This document shows positions 30,908 to 40,642 of a stretch of DNA of 64,000 nt, piece after piece. Origin of the DNA: Candidatus Peribacteria bacterium (GTDB taxonomy: Bacteria > Patescibacteriota > Gracilibacteria > Peribacterales > Peribacteraceae). The translations under genes and the position numbers were made by a program. Under the pieces are notes generated by a model. It worked only from the letters and a program-made list of their open reading frames with translations. It had not been told where the DNA came from and searched no databases. Where the stretch lies: the NCBI GenBank assembly GCA_041691135.1, contig JBEPVF010000007.1, positions 1 through 64,000 of the forward strand, written 5' to 3'. Positions within the stretch are counted from its first letter, which is position 1, and every line of letters starts with the position of its first letter.

Positions 30908-31360
30908 ATGTCCAAGAAACTTTTTGCCCTCCTCGCTTTATCGACACTTGCTGTGGTTGCTTGCGGCACAGGTACGCCCTCCGCTCCGGATCAGACGTCG
31001 ACAGATACCACCGCTTCGACCAACGAAAGCGCTGCTGCGCAGAACAACTGGCAGCCGGCGAGCGATGGTACCTGGAAAGACGGCGATGGCTTGACGATGA
31101 AAGTGCAGGACGGTTTTCTGATGTCGAGCCAGGATGGCAAGACATGGGCCGAAGTGCCCGACAATATGTGGCAGGGTACCGATGGCAATTGGTACAAGTT
31201 CGATGCGCAGGGGATGGTGTGGGTGAGTCATGATCAGGGGAAGGTGTGGGCTGCGGCATCCAACAACTCTTGGGCCGGTGGGAATGACATTTCTTTCACC
31301 ATCAAAGACGGCCAGTTGATGCAGGGCAATACGACGGATCAGACGTCGAGCCACTCATAA
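30908..31360 (+). CDS. Lipoprotein with Trp-rich internal repeats
   Basis: VVAC lipobox; repeated S.DGKTW…W.G.DG.W units. Confidence 0.8.
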   Translation: MSKKLFALLALSTLAVVACGTGTPSAPDQTSTDTTASTNESAAAQNNWQPASDGTWKDGDGLTMKVQDGFLMSSQDGKTWAEVPDNMWQGTDGNWYKFDAQGMVWVSHDQGKVWAAASNNSWAGGNDISFTIKDGQLMQGNTTDQTSSHS

Positions 31361-31416
31361 TTGTCTTGAAAGACCGGAAGCGCTACGGTTCGCGCAGTTT
31401 CCTTCTCTCGACGTTC

Positions 31417-31881
31417 ATGTCTACACCTCGTCCACTTCTCTTGATTCTGACGCTTTCGGCTCTGCTTGTCGCGTGCGGTAAGTCGCTCCCGCAGGCAACC
31501 AGTACTCCTCCGTATCCGGTCGATAATTTCGGGGCAACCAGCGGAACGGGTGCAATGGCGAGGTCGCTCTTGCCGGGAGAAACCGGTTACATTGATTTCC
31601 AAGATGGAGCGGTTGGAAATGGCGAGAAGTCACTCCTGTTTTTCTACGCCAAGTGGGATCCGTTCTCGAATGCCAACGATGCGACCCTGCAAGCGTTGTA
31701 TCAGCAACAACCTCTTCCCATTCGCATCTATAAGGTCGATTACGATACGCAGACTGATCTGAAGAATCGTTACGGCATCACCCAGTCGAATACGTTTGTG
31801 TTGATTAATGCCAACGGCGATCCGCTCAAGATCATCAGTTATCCCAGCCAGGAGGATCTGAAGGTGCTGATTCAGGGATAA
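31417..31881 (+). CDS. Thioredoxin-fold lipoprotein lacking CXXC
   Basis: LVAC lipobox; LFFYAKWDPFS in place of WCPxC; YKVDYD, YGITQSNTFV. Confidence 0.8.
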   Translation: MSTPRPLLLILTLSALLVACGKSLPQATSTPPYPVDNFGATSGTGAMARSLLPGETGYIDFQDGAVGNGEKSLLFFYAKWDPFSNANDATLQALYQQQPLPIRIYKVDYDTQTDLKNRYGITQSNTFVLINANGDPLKIISYPSQEDLKVLIQG

Positions 31882-31971
31882 AACGTGTAATGACCAAATT
31901 CCAAGCCTCAATCAGCATGTTATTGGTAATTGAATTTTGGTGATTGGGATTTTAGCATCCGTTTTTATCTA

Positions 31972-32214
31972 TTGACTAGAGATCCGTGCTAAGTTAATGT
32001 AATTATGTAACGGTACAAAGGTACAAATGACTATCCTCCTTTCACCCGTCGGCTTTTGGCGGCAGGGAACTCCCAAGCGGGGCTCTCTGAGGATCGTCTG
32101 ATAGACAATTCAGGTCAGTAGGGAGCTCTGCTTCTTGTCGAAGCGGGGCATTTGGGTGGTTCCACAGGGAATTCGCTCGGCTGCTGATCTGTGAAAACAT
32201 CGGAGGACGTAGAC
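31972..32214 (+). promoter_or_regulatory. Promoter and long structured 5' leader of the HPVTG/HWKFDP operon
   Basis: TTGACT-17-TAATGT; alternative pairings; 24-codon uORF at 32027-32101; GGAGG SD. Confidence 0.55.
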
Positions 32215-32853
32215 GTGACTAACCAATTCTTGATTTTGACAGGCTTCTCGCCGTACAAGTTCCATCCTGTTACCGGTTGCGAGCTTGACGCTCTTGTCCT
32301 ACTGGACCCCATCTATGGCGTGTTCGGTCAACCTGGAGACCCTCTGGATCCGATCATCTTTTTTGATGAAAAGGACGAACCGGATATCAGGCACTGGAAG
32401 TTCGATCCTCGCACGCGACACCCGTGGAAGCATCCGGAACTCCGCTCGGATTGGCCCAAGTTTCCCAGTTGCTACAGTGCGGAGCAGTTGGATCGCGGCC
32501 AGGCGATGATCATTCATCCAATCACGGCAGTACTGTTGAATCTGTTGCCTCGGTGTTACAGGTGTATCAATGACTACTCTGATCAGGAGATGAGAGTCGC
32601 GGAGCAGTTTCCCAACTTCCATGCACCAAGTTCTTTTCCTTGGGACCTCGACTACTGCGAAGAATCCATGCAGTTCGTCGAACACGAACATGGAGGGGGC
32701 AGGCAAAGAAAGCGTTACCACGGGCGCATTGGAACGGGATTCAATATGTACGAGCTGGTCAGTTCGTACCCGTACCACTGGCTTTACGATCCGTTCACAG
32801 GCAGATACCTTCAAGAAGAGGAGGTCGAAGGTGACAAGCATCAAGCTGGTTGA
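32215..32853 (+). CDS. Hypothetical protein with two HPVTG/HWKFDP domains
   Basis: FHPVTG…HWKFDPRT and HPITA…HWLYDPFTG; GGAGG SD before GTG. Confidence 0.8.
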   Translation: MTNQFLILTGFSPYKFHPVTGCELDALVLLDPIYGVFGQPGDPLDPIIFFDEKDEPDIRHWKFDPRTRHPWKHPELRSDWPKFPSCYSAEQLDRGQAMIIHPITAVLLNLLPRCYRCINDYSDQEMRVAEQFPNFHAPSSFPWDLDYCEESMQFVEHEHGGGRQRKRYHGRIGTGFNMYELVSSYPYHWLYDPFTGRYLQEEEVEGDKHQAG

Positions 32854-33199
32854 ACACGGTATCTTCCCGCGAGCATATCGCTCGTTCCAGCTCGACTGGG
32901 GCTTGGATATGCTCCGGCATCCGGTGACGGGTGATGTGCTGTCTCGTCAGATGCCGTACGATCACGATAAGCATGTTTGCTACATCCGTATCCTCCATAC
33001 TCGTGGGGGATGGAAAGCGCCGACCGTCTCTTACCGATTCCTCCCACGAATCGGCTTGGGTCAGGACGTCTCTAAAGGCGATCTCTTCCCGGCACACTGG
33101 AAGTTCGATCCCTACGAGCAGGAAAGTACGGTGGCGGCAGTGTCGACAGTTATTGTGACCACGACTGCTGTGCCGATGGGTGGTTGGGCGATGGACTGA
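32831..33199 (+). CDS. Hypothetical protein with an HPVTG/HWKFDP domain
   Basis: HPVTG…FPAHWKFDPY; GAGGAGG SD before GTG. Confidence 0.8.
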   Translation: MTSIKLVEHGIFPRAYRSFQLDWGLDMLRHPVTGDVLSRQMPYDHDKHVCYIRILHTRGGWKAPTVSYRFLPRIGLGQDVSKGDLFPAHWKFDPYEQESTVAAVSTVIVTTTAVPMGGWAMD

Positions 33200-33215
33200 G
33201 AAAGGAGAATCCGCA

Positions 33216-33515
33216 ATGCAACGAGTCTTCACAGACTGGTATAGGCCTCGTCAGATGATCCAGGGAATCGGGCTTACTTTCCATCCCATCGTGGGCTTGG
33301 AACTTAAGGACCTGGTCTATCATGCCATGGACGGTCGTTTGTCTCTTCGGAATCCAGGGAACTGGCTCATGAAGCAGGGCCTCTCTCCCTCAGCGTGCGA
33401 AGTCATCGAGGAAATCTACTTTCCATGCATCACCGACGGAAGGGATGACTACACTGTGGGCAGCCCATACCCGCAGCACTGGAAGTTCGATCCCTTCACA
33501 GGTGAACCTTTGTGA
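33216..33515 (+). CDS. Hypothetical protein with an HPVTG/HWKFDP domain
   Basis: HPIVG…YPQHWKFDPFTGEPL; AAGGAG SD. Confidence 0.8.
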   Translation: MQRVFTDWYRPRQMIQGIGLTFHPIVGLELKDLVYHAMDGRLSLRNPGNWLMKQGLSPSACEVIEEIYFPCITDGRDDYTVGSPYPQHWKFDPFTGEPL

Positions 33516-33523
33516 GGAGAACA

Positions 33524-33835
33524 ATGCACAGACGACGTTTTCGTGTCCCCTATCGTGCTGCCGAGCTCAATGCCGGCGTCACCATGGCGTACCACCCGGT
33601 GACCGGGCGCAAGCTCCGGTCACTCAGCTACTGCGATCGATGCTGTTGTTACTACTTCATCGAGCGTGAGTATGAGCCCGGCCTTTCGATTTTCGGTCTT
33701 GATGCGACGGTTACCGAAACGAAAGTATATCTGCCGATGATTAGTGTCGGCCAAGGCGTCGATGCCGATGAGCTCTACCCGGCTCACTGGAAGTTTGATC
33801 CGTTCCTCGGAGCATTGATCAATGACTCCGTGTGA
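33524..33835 (+). CDS. Hypothetical protein with an HPVTG/HWKFDP domain
   Basis: HPVTG…YPAHWKFDPFLG; GAGGAG SD. Confidence 0.8.
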   Translation: MHRRRFRVPYRAAELNAGVTMAYHPVTGRKLRSLSYCDRCCCYYFIEREYEPGLSIFGLDATVTETKVYLPMISVGQGVDADELYPAHWKFDPFLGALINDSV

Positions 33836-33861
33836 ATCCTCCGATAACCCTTCAGTAGCCT

Positions 33862-33899
33862 ACCCCTCCCATTGTCCATTCGGACCGGGAGGGGTTTTT
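33862..33899 (+). terminator. Intrinsic terminator
   Basis: ACCCCTCCC…GGGAGGGGT plus T-tract. Confidence 0.8.
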
Positions 33900-33995
33900 A
33901 TTGTGCATGCATACAGTAATTCTGTTTTAGCATTTGGGGCGCTGCTGCTTTCTGCGCGGTGGGTAGCCAGAAGCATATTCAGCATGAGTTTTGCC

Positions 33996-34183
33996 GTACC
34001 CCATCCCTAGCCCTTCCCCCGCCTCCTCCATTCTTGTTCTGAGAAAATCAGACTTTTTTTCTAAATGACACATCTTCAGAGGCTTTCACGGGGAAGGGAA
34101 TGTTTCTGTTTTGTTCTCTCGCCCTTCCCCGTGTTGGCGTATGGGAGGGCCGGGGAAGGTGCCCCGCAGGGCAGATGGGGTAC
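33996..34183. mobile_element. MITE/REP-like element R2, copy 2 (inverted)
   Basis: TIR GTACCCCATC/GATGGGGTAC; reverse complement of 22972-23157. Confidence 0.75.
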
Positions 34184-34328
34184 ACAAGCTGACGATGAAT
34201 CGGATACCCAGGAACTCACCGCACAGAAAGCGACAGCGCCAATCTGAAAATTCAGAAGAGCACACGGCTATCAATCATGATAAAAAAGGACGGCGTTTAC
34301 CGTCCTGATTCACTACAGTGGTTTTGCC

Positions 34329-35741
34329 TTATACGTCGTAGTAGCGGAAGAATTCACTCGGGCTCGGACGCTTGCGCTCATCGGCCACTTCATCGCGTTT
34401 CACGTCGATGAAGTCGCGCAGATAGTCTTCGGTAAACACACCTGACGACAGCAGGAACTCATGATCCTTGTCGAGCGCATCCAGGGCTTTATCGAGCGTC
34501 TCTGGTGCATGTGGAATTTTGGTGAGCTTCTTCGGATCCATGTGATACAGATTCTCATCAGTGGGAGCGCCCGGGTCGATCTTGTTCTTGATGCCGTCCA
34601 GACCGGCTAACAGCATGGCCGAGAAGGCGACATATGGGTTGCAGGCGGGGTCTGGCGAGCGGAACTCTACGCGCTTGGCTTTGGGGCTTTGCGAATACAT
34701 CGGGATGCGGAAAGCAGCACTGCGATTGCGGGCCGAGTAGATGAAGTTCACCGGCGCTTCGAATCCGGGCACCAGACGCTTGTAGCTGTTGGTGGTGGGG
34801 TTACAGATGGCGCACAGCGCCTGAGCGTGTTTGAGGATGCCGCCCATGTAATGCAAAGCCATCTTGGACAGACCGGCGTACTCATTGCCGGCGAAGAGGG
34901 GTTTGCCTGCCTTCCATAGACTCATATGCGTATGCATACCGGAGCCGTTGTCGCCGTAGATCGGCTTGGGCATAAAGGTGACGGTCTTGCCATAGCGCTG
35001 GGCCACGTTGCGGACGATGTACTTGTAGCGCGTCAGCTTGTCGGCCATGCGGAACATCTCGTCGTACTTCATATCAATCTCGGCCTGACCGCCGGTAGCG
35101 ACTTCGTGGTGGAACGTCTCGATCTCGATGCCGGCCTTTTCCAATTCCATCACCATGGCGGCTCGTACATCTTGATGCTTGTCGGCGGGCGAAGCAGGGA
35201 AGTAGCCTTCTTTGTGACGGATCTTGTAGCCCAAGTTTCCACCCTCGCAATCGTCCTCGCCGCAGTTCCATGTCGCTTCCTCGCTGTCCACGCGGTAGTG
35301 CGCATCCCCAATACCGGCGTTGTAGCTCACATGGTCGAAAATGAAGAACTCGGCTTCGGGCCCGTAGTACGCCTTATCGGCCAAACCGGTTTTCTTCAGG
35401 TAGTCTATGGCCTTGCGGGCGATGGAGCGCGGGCTGCGGGCGTAGAGTTTATTGGTGATCGGTTCGTGTACGTCGCACAGGAGCGAGAGCGTCGGTTCTT
35501 CGGTGAACGGATCGATCATGGCGGTGGCTAAGTCAGGGATCAGGAGCATGTCCGATTCCTGGATCTGCTGGAAGCCCCGGATACTGGAACCGTCGAATCC
35601 GGCGCCGCCGTCCAGCACATCTTCGAGCTGGTGGATGGGTTTGCTCGTGTGATGGAGCGTGCCGGGTACATCGACAAAAGTGAGATCCAGGACGGTGCAC
35701 TTATTCTTCTTGGCGAAGGCGATGAGGTCTTTGCTGTTCAT
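34329..35741 (-). CDS. glnA: Glutamine synthetase type I
   Basis: [44 protein letters not shown]. Confidence 0.98.
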   Translation of the reverse strand: MNSKDLIAFAKKNKCTVLDLTFVDVPGTLHHTSKPIHQLEDVLDGGAGFDGSSIRGFQQIQESDMLLIPDLATAMIDPFTEEPTLSLLCDVHEPITNKLYARSPRSIARKAIDYLKKTGLADKAYYGPEAEFFIFDHVSYNAGIGDAHYRVDSEEATWNCGEDDCEGGNLGYKIRHKEGYFPASPADKHQDVRAAMVMELEKAGIEIETFHHEVATGGQAEIDMKYDEMFRMADKLTRYKYIVRNVAQRYGKTVTFMPKPIYGDNGSGMHTHMSLWKAGKPLFAGNEYAGLSKMALHYMGGILKHAQALCAICNPTTNSYKRLVPGFEAPVNFIYSARNRSAAFRIPMYSQSPKAKRVEFRSPDPACNPYVAFSAMLLAGLDGIKNKIDPGAPTDENLYHMDPKKLTKIPHAPETLDKALDALDKDHEFLLSSGVFTEDYLRDFIDVKRDEVADERKRPSPSEFFRYYDV

Positions 35742-35973
35742 ACAATTGGAGAGAAGTAATGAAGTAAATACACATCTCTTTTCGCTTTTTTCGGCATTAT
35801 TTTCAAGAGCACGGCGTTAAACTTTTTTGTTTTGTTCATTTTATTTACAACGAAGTGAAAGCATCACTTTTTGCCTTTGATAAGATCAAAATTAGATATC
35901 ACGGCTGATGCATGTTTCGGATGGTTTCTTTTTCGTTGTTCAAAACAATAACGACTTGCTACACTCTTGAAGT

Positions 35974-36735
35974 ATGGCCACAGACCTCCACTATGTTCTC
36001 CGTTCAGTCGGGTTCGACGAAAAAGAAACGCAGCTCTATTTGGCAGGCTTACAGCTCGGTCCGGCGCCCGCATCGGACTATGCCAAAGCAGCGACACTCA
36101 ATCGTATCACTGCATACAACACGCTTGAGTCCCTAGCGCAGCGCGGGTACTTCACGATTCTCAAAAAAGCACGGGGCAAATGCTACGCCCCGGTGTCGCC
36201 GGAATATCTGGCATTGGAGGCGCGCAAGAACGTGGCGGCGCTCGATCGGGCACTGCCGGAACTGCGATCGATGCAGGGAGTGAAATACCGTCGTCCCAAT
36301 GTGCGGTTTTTTGAAGGATGGGAGGGGATGCGGCATGTGTACGAAGACACACTGAGCGCCAAATCAGAAGTACTGAACTTTGCAAACTCGGCGGTAGTAC
36401 GTACTTTCTGGCCGCAATACGATGACGAATATGTAGCCGAACGCGTAAAGCGCGGCATTCGTCTGCGTGGCATTTGTCCCAACGATACGATCGGCCGTCA
36501 GGTGCATGGCGAGGACAAACAACATCTGCGCGAGATCCGCTTGGTCCCGGCCAGTGAGTTCGATTTCACCAACGAGATCAACATTTACGATCACAAAGTG
36601 GCGATCTGTTCGTTCGCATCCGGACCGCGTGGCGACAGCGATATGTTCGGCGTCATCATCGAAAGCAAAGAAGTCGCCGAAACGCAGCGGCAAATTTTTG
36701 AAATGGCGTGGCGGTATGCAGGGAGGAAGAAGTAA
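35974..36735 (+). CDS. TrmB-like transcriptional regulator
   Basis: GFDEKETQLY wHTH, VRFFEG.EG, EINIYDHKV, QRQIFEMAW (type common in CPR). Confidence 0.85.
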   Translation: MATDLHYVLRSVGFDEKETQLYLAGLQLGPAPASDYAKAATLNRITAYNTLESLAQRGYFTILKKARGKCYAPVSPEYLALEARKNVAALDRALPELRSMQGVKYRRPNVRFFEGWEGMRHVYEDTLSAKSEVLNFANSAVVRTFWPQYDDEYVAERVKRGIRLRGICPNDTIGRQVHGEDKQHLREIRLVPASEFDFTNEINIYDHKVAICSFASGPRGDSDMFGVIIESKEVAETQRQIFEMAWRYAGRKK

Positions 36736-36747
36736 CTTTTCCTCGCC

Positions 36748-37114
36748 CAGCAGCAGCCGTCCCCGGCTGCGGTGTCTGATTGTTAATCAAACACATTCTT
36801 CACACGCAGAGCGCCGTAACTCGGCGCGGTGCTGAGGTGTTTGCCTGCACAAAATTTTTTCAATCGCTCAGGGTGTTCTTTTTCTTGTCTCCCCGCGACA
36901 AGAAAAAGAACCAAAAAGAAGCGCATCCGACTTCGCCTGCGGGCTACGCCGGACAGGCCGCCTCTATGACCCACCTCACTTCCTTGTCGCGCCTAACGGT
37001 TTGCGACAAGGAAGTTCGTACCCACCTATCCCCACCACATAGGCGGAGGGACTGTTCCCTGGAATAGCGAACGTGCGAAGAGGTTAGGCGGCCTTTAGCC
37101 GCCTGGGTGTAGTG
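36748..37114. repeat. Structured modular repeat R1, copy 3 (with nested insertion)
   Basis: Same blocks; variable stem ACTTCCTTGTCGC/GCGACAAGGAAGT; extra TCCGACTTCGCCTGCGGGCTACGCCGGACAGG. Confidence 0.9.
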
Positions 37115-37206
37115 AAGGGGGTCCTCGGATTCATCGGCGCCCTCGGCACCGTCGGATTCCTCATTAACAAACCCTCTTCCACTCTGCTACCATCCCCTGA
37201 AAAACC

Positions 37207-38487
37207 ATGCCCCCCCGACGCACGAGTGGTTCATCGGCTTCAGTGTCTCGTCTTCAAGATGAGCTTTCCTTTACGAAGCCGGCGCCGGGACCACGCAAGA
37301 GCAGGGCGATGCCCTTACTTTTTCTGGTGGTAGGCGTGATGGGACTCACTTTTTTCGCTTCGCCGGCAACGCAGGGTGCCGTGCGCGGATGGGTGGGTGG
37401 TGAACAGGCGAAGACGGATCAGACGATTGATACCAGCAAGTTTCTGGCATCATTTTTACATTTCAAAAACCGTACGGCCGACGAAGGGCCGGTCATCACT
37501 GATCCGCCGGTCAATCCGTATAACAAACGCGGCGTGTATCTGGCGGCCAGCAGCGTGGCGAATCCGGTTTTCTATGATCAGACGATCAAGAACCTACTCG
37601 ACAGTGGTGGTTCCTCCTTTGTCTTCGACGTGAAGGGGCCGTTCGTATACTTCGAGAGCGACGCGGCGATTGCCAAGGAGCTCAAGCTCTCGTTGCCGCT
37701 CTACGATTTACCGGCAGTGATTAAGAAAGCGCACGACAAAGGCCTGTATACGATCGCGCGTTTTATCGCGCTCAAAGACCCGCTTTTTTCTCAGCGGGTA
37801 CCGGAAGTGCAAATTCGCAATCCCAAGACGGGCCACAGTTTGGGTGATGTGTGGGTCGATGGAATAGCGCCGATCACGCTTGAATTTAACAGGCAGATTC
37901 TGAAGAGCCTGCTCCAATCTGACGTCGACGAAGTGAACTTCGACTACATCCGCTATCCGAGCGAGTACGCACAGTCATCCATCAATCTTACTGGCGACGA
38001 GAAGGCCGATCACGTCGAGGCGTTTCTCAAAATGGCCAAGGAAACGCGTGATGAAGTGAACCCCCACACCAAGCTCGGCATCAGTACATACGCAATTCTG
38101 GGCTGGTCGTTCAAGATCAATAAAGAGGCGATCGGTCAGGACTTCATCCGCTTCGCGCCGCTCGTGGACGTGATTTCGCCGATGGCGTATCCGCAAACAT
38201 TCTCGGAGAATGCATACTACTACCCGGGTCGCGATCCAGGCAGCCGCGATTACTATTTGGTCTACCGCACGCTCACCGGCTACCGCGACCTGCTGCCACC
38301 CGAACACCGCAACAAGATTCGCCCGTGGATCCAGGGATACTACACCACCGTGCAGGACATGAAGGACCAGATGCAGGCTGTCTACGATGCCGGCTACTGC
38401 GGATTCCAGGTGTGGAATGCGAATAATCACTACGATGTTACATATCCGGCGATCAAGGCCATGAAGGTGCCGGCAGAGTGCCAATAG
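37207..38487 (+). CDS. Putative glycoside hydrolase (DUF4015 family), membrane-anchored
   Basis: RGVYL, FDVKG, YTIARF…KD, DEVNFDYIRYP, SPMAYP, RPWIQ, WNANN.Y. Confidence 0.85.
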   Translation: MPPRRTSGSSASVSRLQDELSFTKPAPGPRKSRAMPLLFLVVGVMGLTFFASPATQGAVRGWVGGEQAKTDQTIDTSKFLASFLHFKNRTADEGPVITDPPVNPYNKRGVYLAASSVANPVFYDQTIKNLLDSGGSSFVFDVKGPFVYFESDAAIAKELKLSLPLYDLPAVIKKAHDKGLYTIARFIALKDPLFSQRVPEVQIRNPKTGHSLGDVWVDGIAPITLEFNRQILKSLLQSDVDEVNFDYIRYPSEYAQSSINLTGDEKADHVEAFLKMAKETRDEVNPHTKLGISTYAILGWSFKINKEAIGQDFIRFAPLVDVISPMAYPQTFSENAYYYPGRDPGSRDYYLVYRTLTGYRDLLPPEHRNKIRPWIQGYYTTVQDMKDQMQAVYDAGYCGFQVWNANNHYDVTYPAIKAMKVPAECQ

Positions 38488-38572
38488 TTCGCGTAATTAT
38501 TGACTTATTATCATTTTTGTTTAAAAATACGTTTAGTGGTCATTGAATTCAGTGTCTAGAGGAGAGAAAAGG

Positions 38573-38836
38573 ATGTCGGATGTCCAATTGGTTCTCGTTC
38601 TGTGTGTTGTGGCGAGTACAGGGATGTATTTTCTCAACAGACATCGGGCGAAAAAGTATCCTTCGGGCTCAGAACTCCGAGCAAAGCTGCGAAAAGCGCG
38701 ACACTCCAGTGAGGCAAACTTGCTCAAGTATGAGCGTGCCGTTAAGGCCCCAGAAAGAGCGAGCTTGGCAATGAAGTTTGCGATCGGCTTTCTCATGATT
38801 CTTGCACTGACTTACGTTCGAAGCGTGCTCCCATGA
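38573..38836 (+). CDS. Small two-TM hypothetical protein
   Basis: GAGGAG SD, TTGACT upstream, palindromic terminator downstream. Confidence 0.65.
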   Translation: MSDVQLVLVLCVVASTGMYFLNRHRAKKYPSGSELRAKLRKARHSSEANLLKYERAVKAPERASLAMKFAIGFLMILALTYVRSVLP

Positions 38837-38857
38837 TGCTCGCCGATGACTGCACGC

Positions 38858-38881
38858 GGGGGCGACGTCGCCCCCTTCTTT
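38858..38881 (+). terminator. Terminator-like palindrome
   Basis: GGGGGCGACGTCGCCCCC followed by TTCTTT. Confidence 0.6.
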
Positions 38882-38918
38882 ATCGATTTTTGTCGCGTGT
38901 TCCGTGTATCATAGTCGC

Positions 38919-39764
38919 ATGCGCCAGTACCTCGATCTCCTCCAAACCGTTCTCGACAAGGGCCAGAAGAAAGACGATCGAACCGGTACGGGGACACTGA
39001 GTATGTTTGGCTATCAGATGCGGTTTCATTTAAATGACGGATTTCCGCTGCTGACGACTAAAAAGCTCCACACACGTTCGATTTTCCACGAACTGCTCTG
39101 GTTTTTGAAAGGCGAGACAAAGATCAATTACCTGCGCGAGAATGGTGTGACGATTTGGGATGAGTGGGCGACGGCCGAGAAGACGGGAAAGTTCGAACGG
39201 TCGGAAGGAGACTTGGGTCCTGTCTACGGTCATCAGTGGCGCAATTTCGGAGCGACGCTCAAGCCTGATGGATCGTACGAACAGGATGGCGTCGATCAAG
39301 TTAGTCGATTGATTGAGGGACTGAAGAAGAACCCGAGCAGCCGTCGGCACATCATCTCGGGCTGGAATCCGAAGGAAGCGGATCAGGTGGAGCTGCCGCC
39401 GTGCCACACGTTGTTTCAATTCTATGTATCAGCGGATAAGAAGCTGAGCTGTCAGCTGTACCAGCGCAGCGCCGATATCTTCCTGGGCGTGCCGTTCAAC
39501 ATCGCCTCGTACGCGCTGCTCACACATATGATCGCGCAGGTGTGCGACTACGGCGTCGGGGACTTCGTACATACACTGGGTGACGCACATCTGTATTTGA
39601 ATCATCTCGATCAGGCGAAGGAACAGCTCAGTCGTGGAGCACGGCCTTTGCCTCAACTGAAATTGAACCCGGCAGTGAAGGATATTTTTGACTTCAAGTT
39701 CGAGGATATTGAGATCATTGGCTACGACCCGCATCCGAGTATCAAGGCACCAATTGCCGTTTAG
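38919..39764 (+). CDS. thyA: Thymidylate synthase
   Basis: [39 protein letters not shown]. Confidence 0.98.
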   Translation: MRQYLDLLQTVLDKGQKKDDRTGTGTLSMFGYQMRFHLNDGFPLLTTKKLHTRSIFHELLWFLKGETKINYLRENGVTIWDEWATAEKTGKFERSEGDLGPVYGHQWRNFGATLKPDGSYEQDGVDQVSRLIEGLKKNPSSRRHIISGWNPKEADQVELPPCHTLFQFYVSADKKLSCQLYQRSADIFLGVPFNIASYALLTHMIAQVCDYGVGDFVHTLGDAHLYLNHLDQAKEQLSRGARPLPQLKLNPAVKDIFDFKFEDIEIIGYDPHPSIKAPIAV

Positions 39765-39831
39765 TAGACAAAAATTTACTTTGTTAGTAGCGTAACTCTG
39801 TCTTCCCACTTGGTCCTTTTGGAGAAAGCAC

Positions 39832-40059
39832 GTGAGAAATCCTTTGTTCAAGGCGGTGTTTACGCTGATCTTTGCACTCGCCCTCCTGGGCGATGCTGGA
39901 TCGGTGACCGCCCAAATGATCATTGTGGCGCTTCTGTGCACCATCTATGGATTGATGGCGCTTGCTCTAGTTCTAACGGTTCTTATGAGGCCCCTCGATC
40001 GCCTAGTCGACCTCGTACAGGACTGTCGGTACGGAGATTACCGTTACTGGCCTCGGTGA
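39832..40059 (+). CDS. Small two-TM hypothetical protein
   Basis: GGAG SD before GTG; TAGACA-17-TAGCGT promoter; own terminator. Confidence 0.6.
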   Translation: MRNPLFKAVFTLIFALALLGDAGSVTAQMIIVALLCTIYGLMALALVLTVLMRPLDRLVDLVQDCRYGDYRYWPR

Positions 40060-40074
40060 GTCCGAAGACGTCCG

Positions 40075-40109
40075 TCCCTGTCGTCGCGCGAGCGGCGACA
40101 GGGATTTTT
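40075..40109 (+). terminator. Intrinsic terminator
   Basis: TCCCTGTCGTCGC-GCGA-GCGGCGACAGGGA-TTTTT. Confidence 0.8.
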
Positions 40110-40135
40110 CTCAGGAGGTGTGGCAAGATGGAGAC

Positions 40136-40642
40136 GTGATCCTCTCGTTGGTGTTAGCGGCATCGGAAAACAACGTGATTGGCGACAGCCAGGCAGCGAA
40201 CCATGCTATTCCGTGGCATCTGCCGAACGACTTCAAACATTTTCGTGATCTCACCAAGGGTAAGCCGGTGATCGTGGGACGCAAGACGATGGAGAAGATT
40301 GGACGATTACTTCCAGGGCGGCGAAACATCGTGATCACCCGCGGCGATGCAGTGCCGTTCGAAGGAGCGGAGCGCGCAGGTTCATTAGAGGAGGCAATCG
40401 AGTTGGCCAAGCAGGGGAACCCCGAAGAGATCTGTGTGATTGGTGGCGGCGAAATTTACCGTCAGGCGCTGTCGATTGCGGATCGGGTGTATCTGACACG
40501 GGTGCATGCGACAGTGGAGGGTGATACGACTTTTCCGGGGTTAGATGATGCGTGGAAGGAAGTTTCTCGCGAAATGCATAGTGCCGATGAGGAGCACAAG
40601 TATGCGTATACGTTTTTGGTGTTCGAAAAAAGAGAAAAGTAG
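40136..40642 (+). CDS. folA: Dihydrofolate reductase
   Basis: NNVIG, IPWHLPNDF, GRKT, LPGRRN, IGGGEIY, GDTTFP. Confidence 0.96.
   Translation: MILSLVLAASENNVIGDSQAANHAIPWHLPNDFKHFRDLTKGKPVIVGRKTMEKIGRLLPGRRNIVITRGDAVPFEGAERAGSLEEAIELAKQGNPEEICVIGGGEIYRQALSIADRVYLTRVHATVEGDTTFPGLDDAWKEVSREMHSADEEHKYAYTFLVFEKREK

Noticed and set aside
32215-33835. Diversity-generating retroelement or integron as the source of the paralog array
   Set aside because: No reverse transcriptase, no TR/VR pair with adenine-specific mismatches, and no integrase or attC-like sites; the genes overlap
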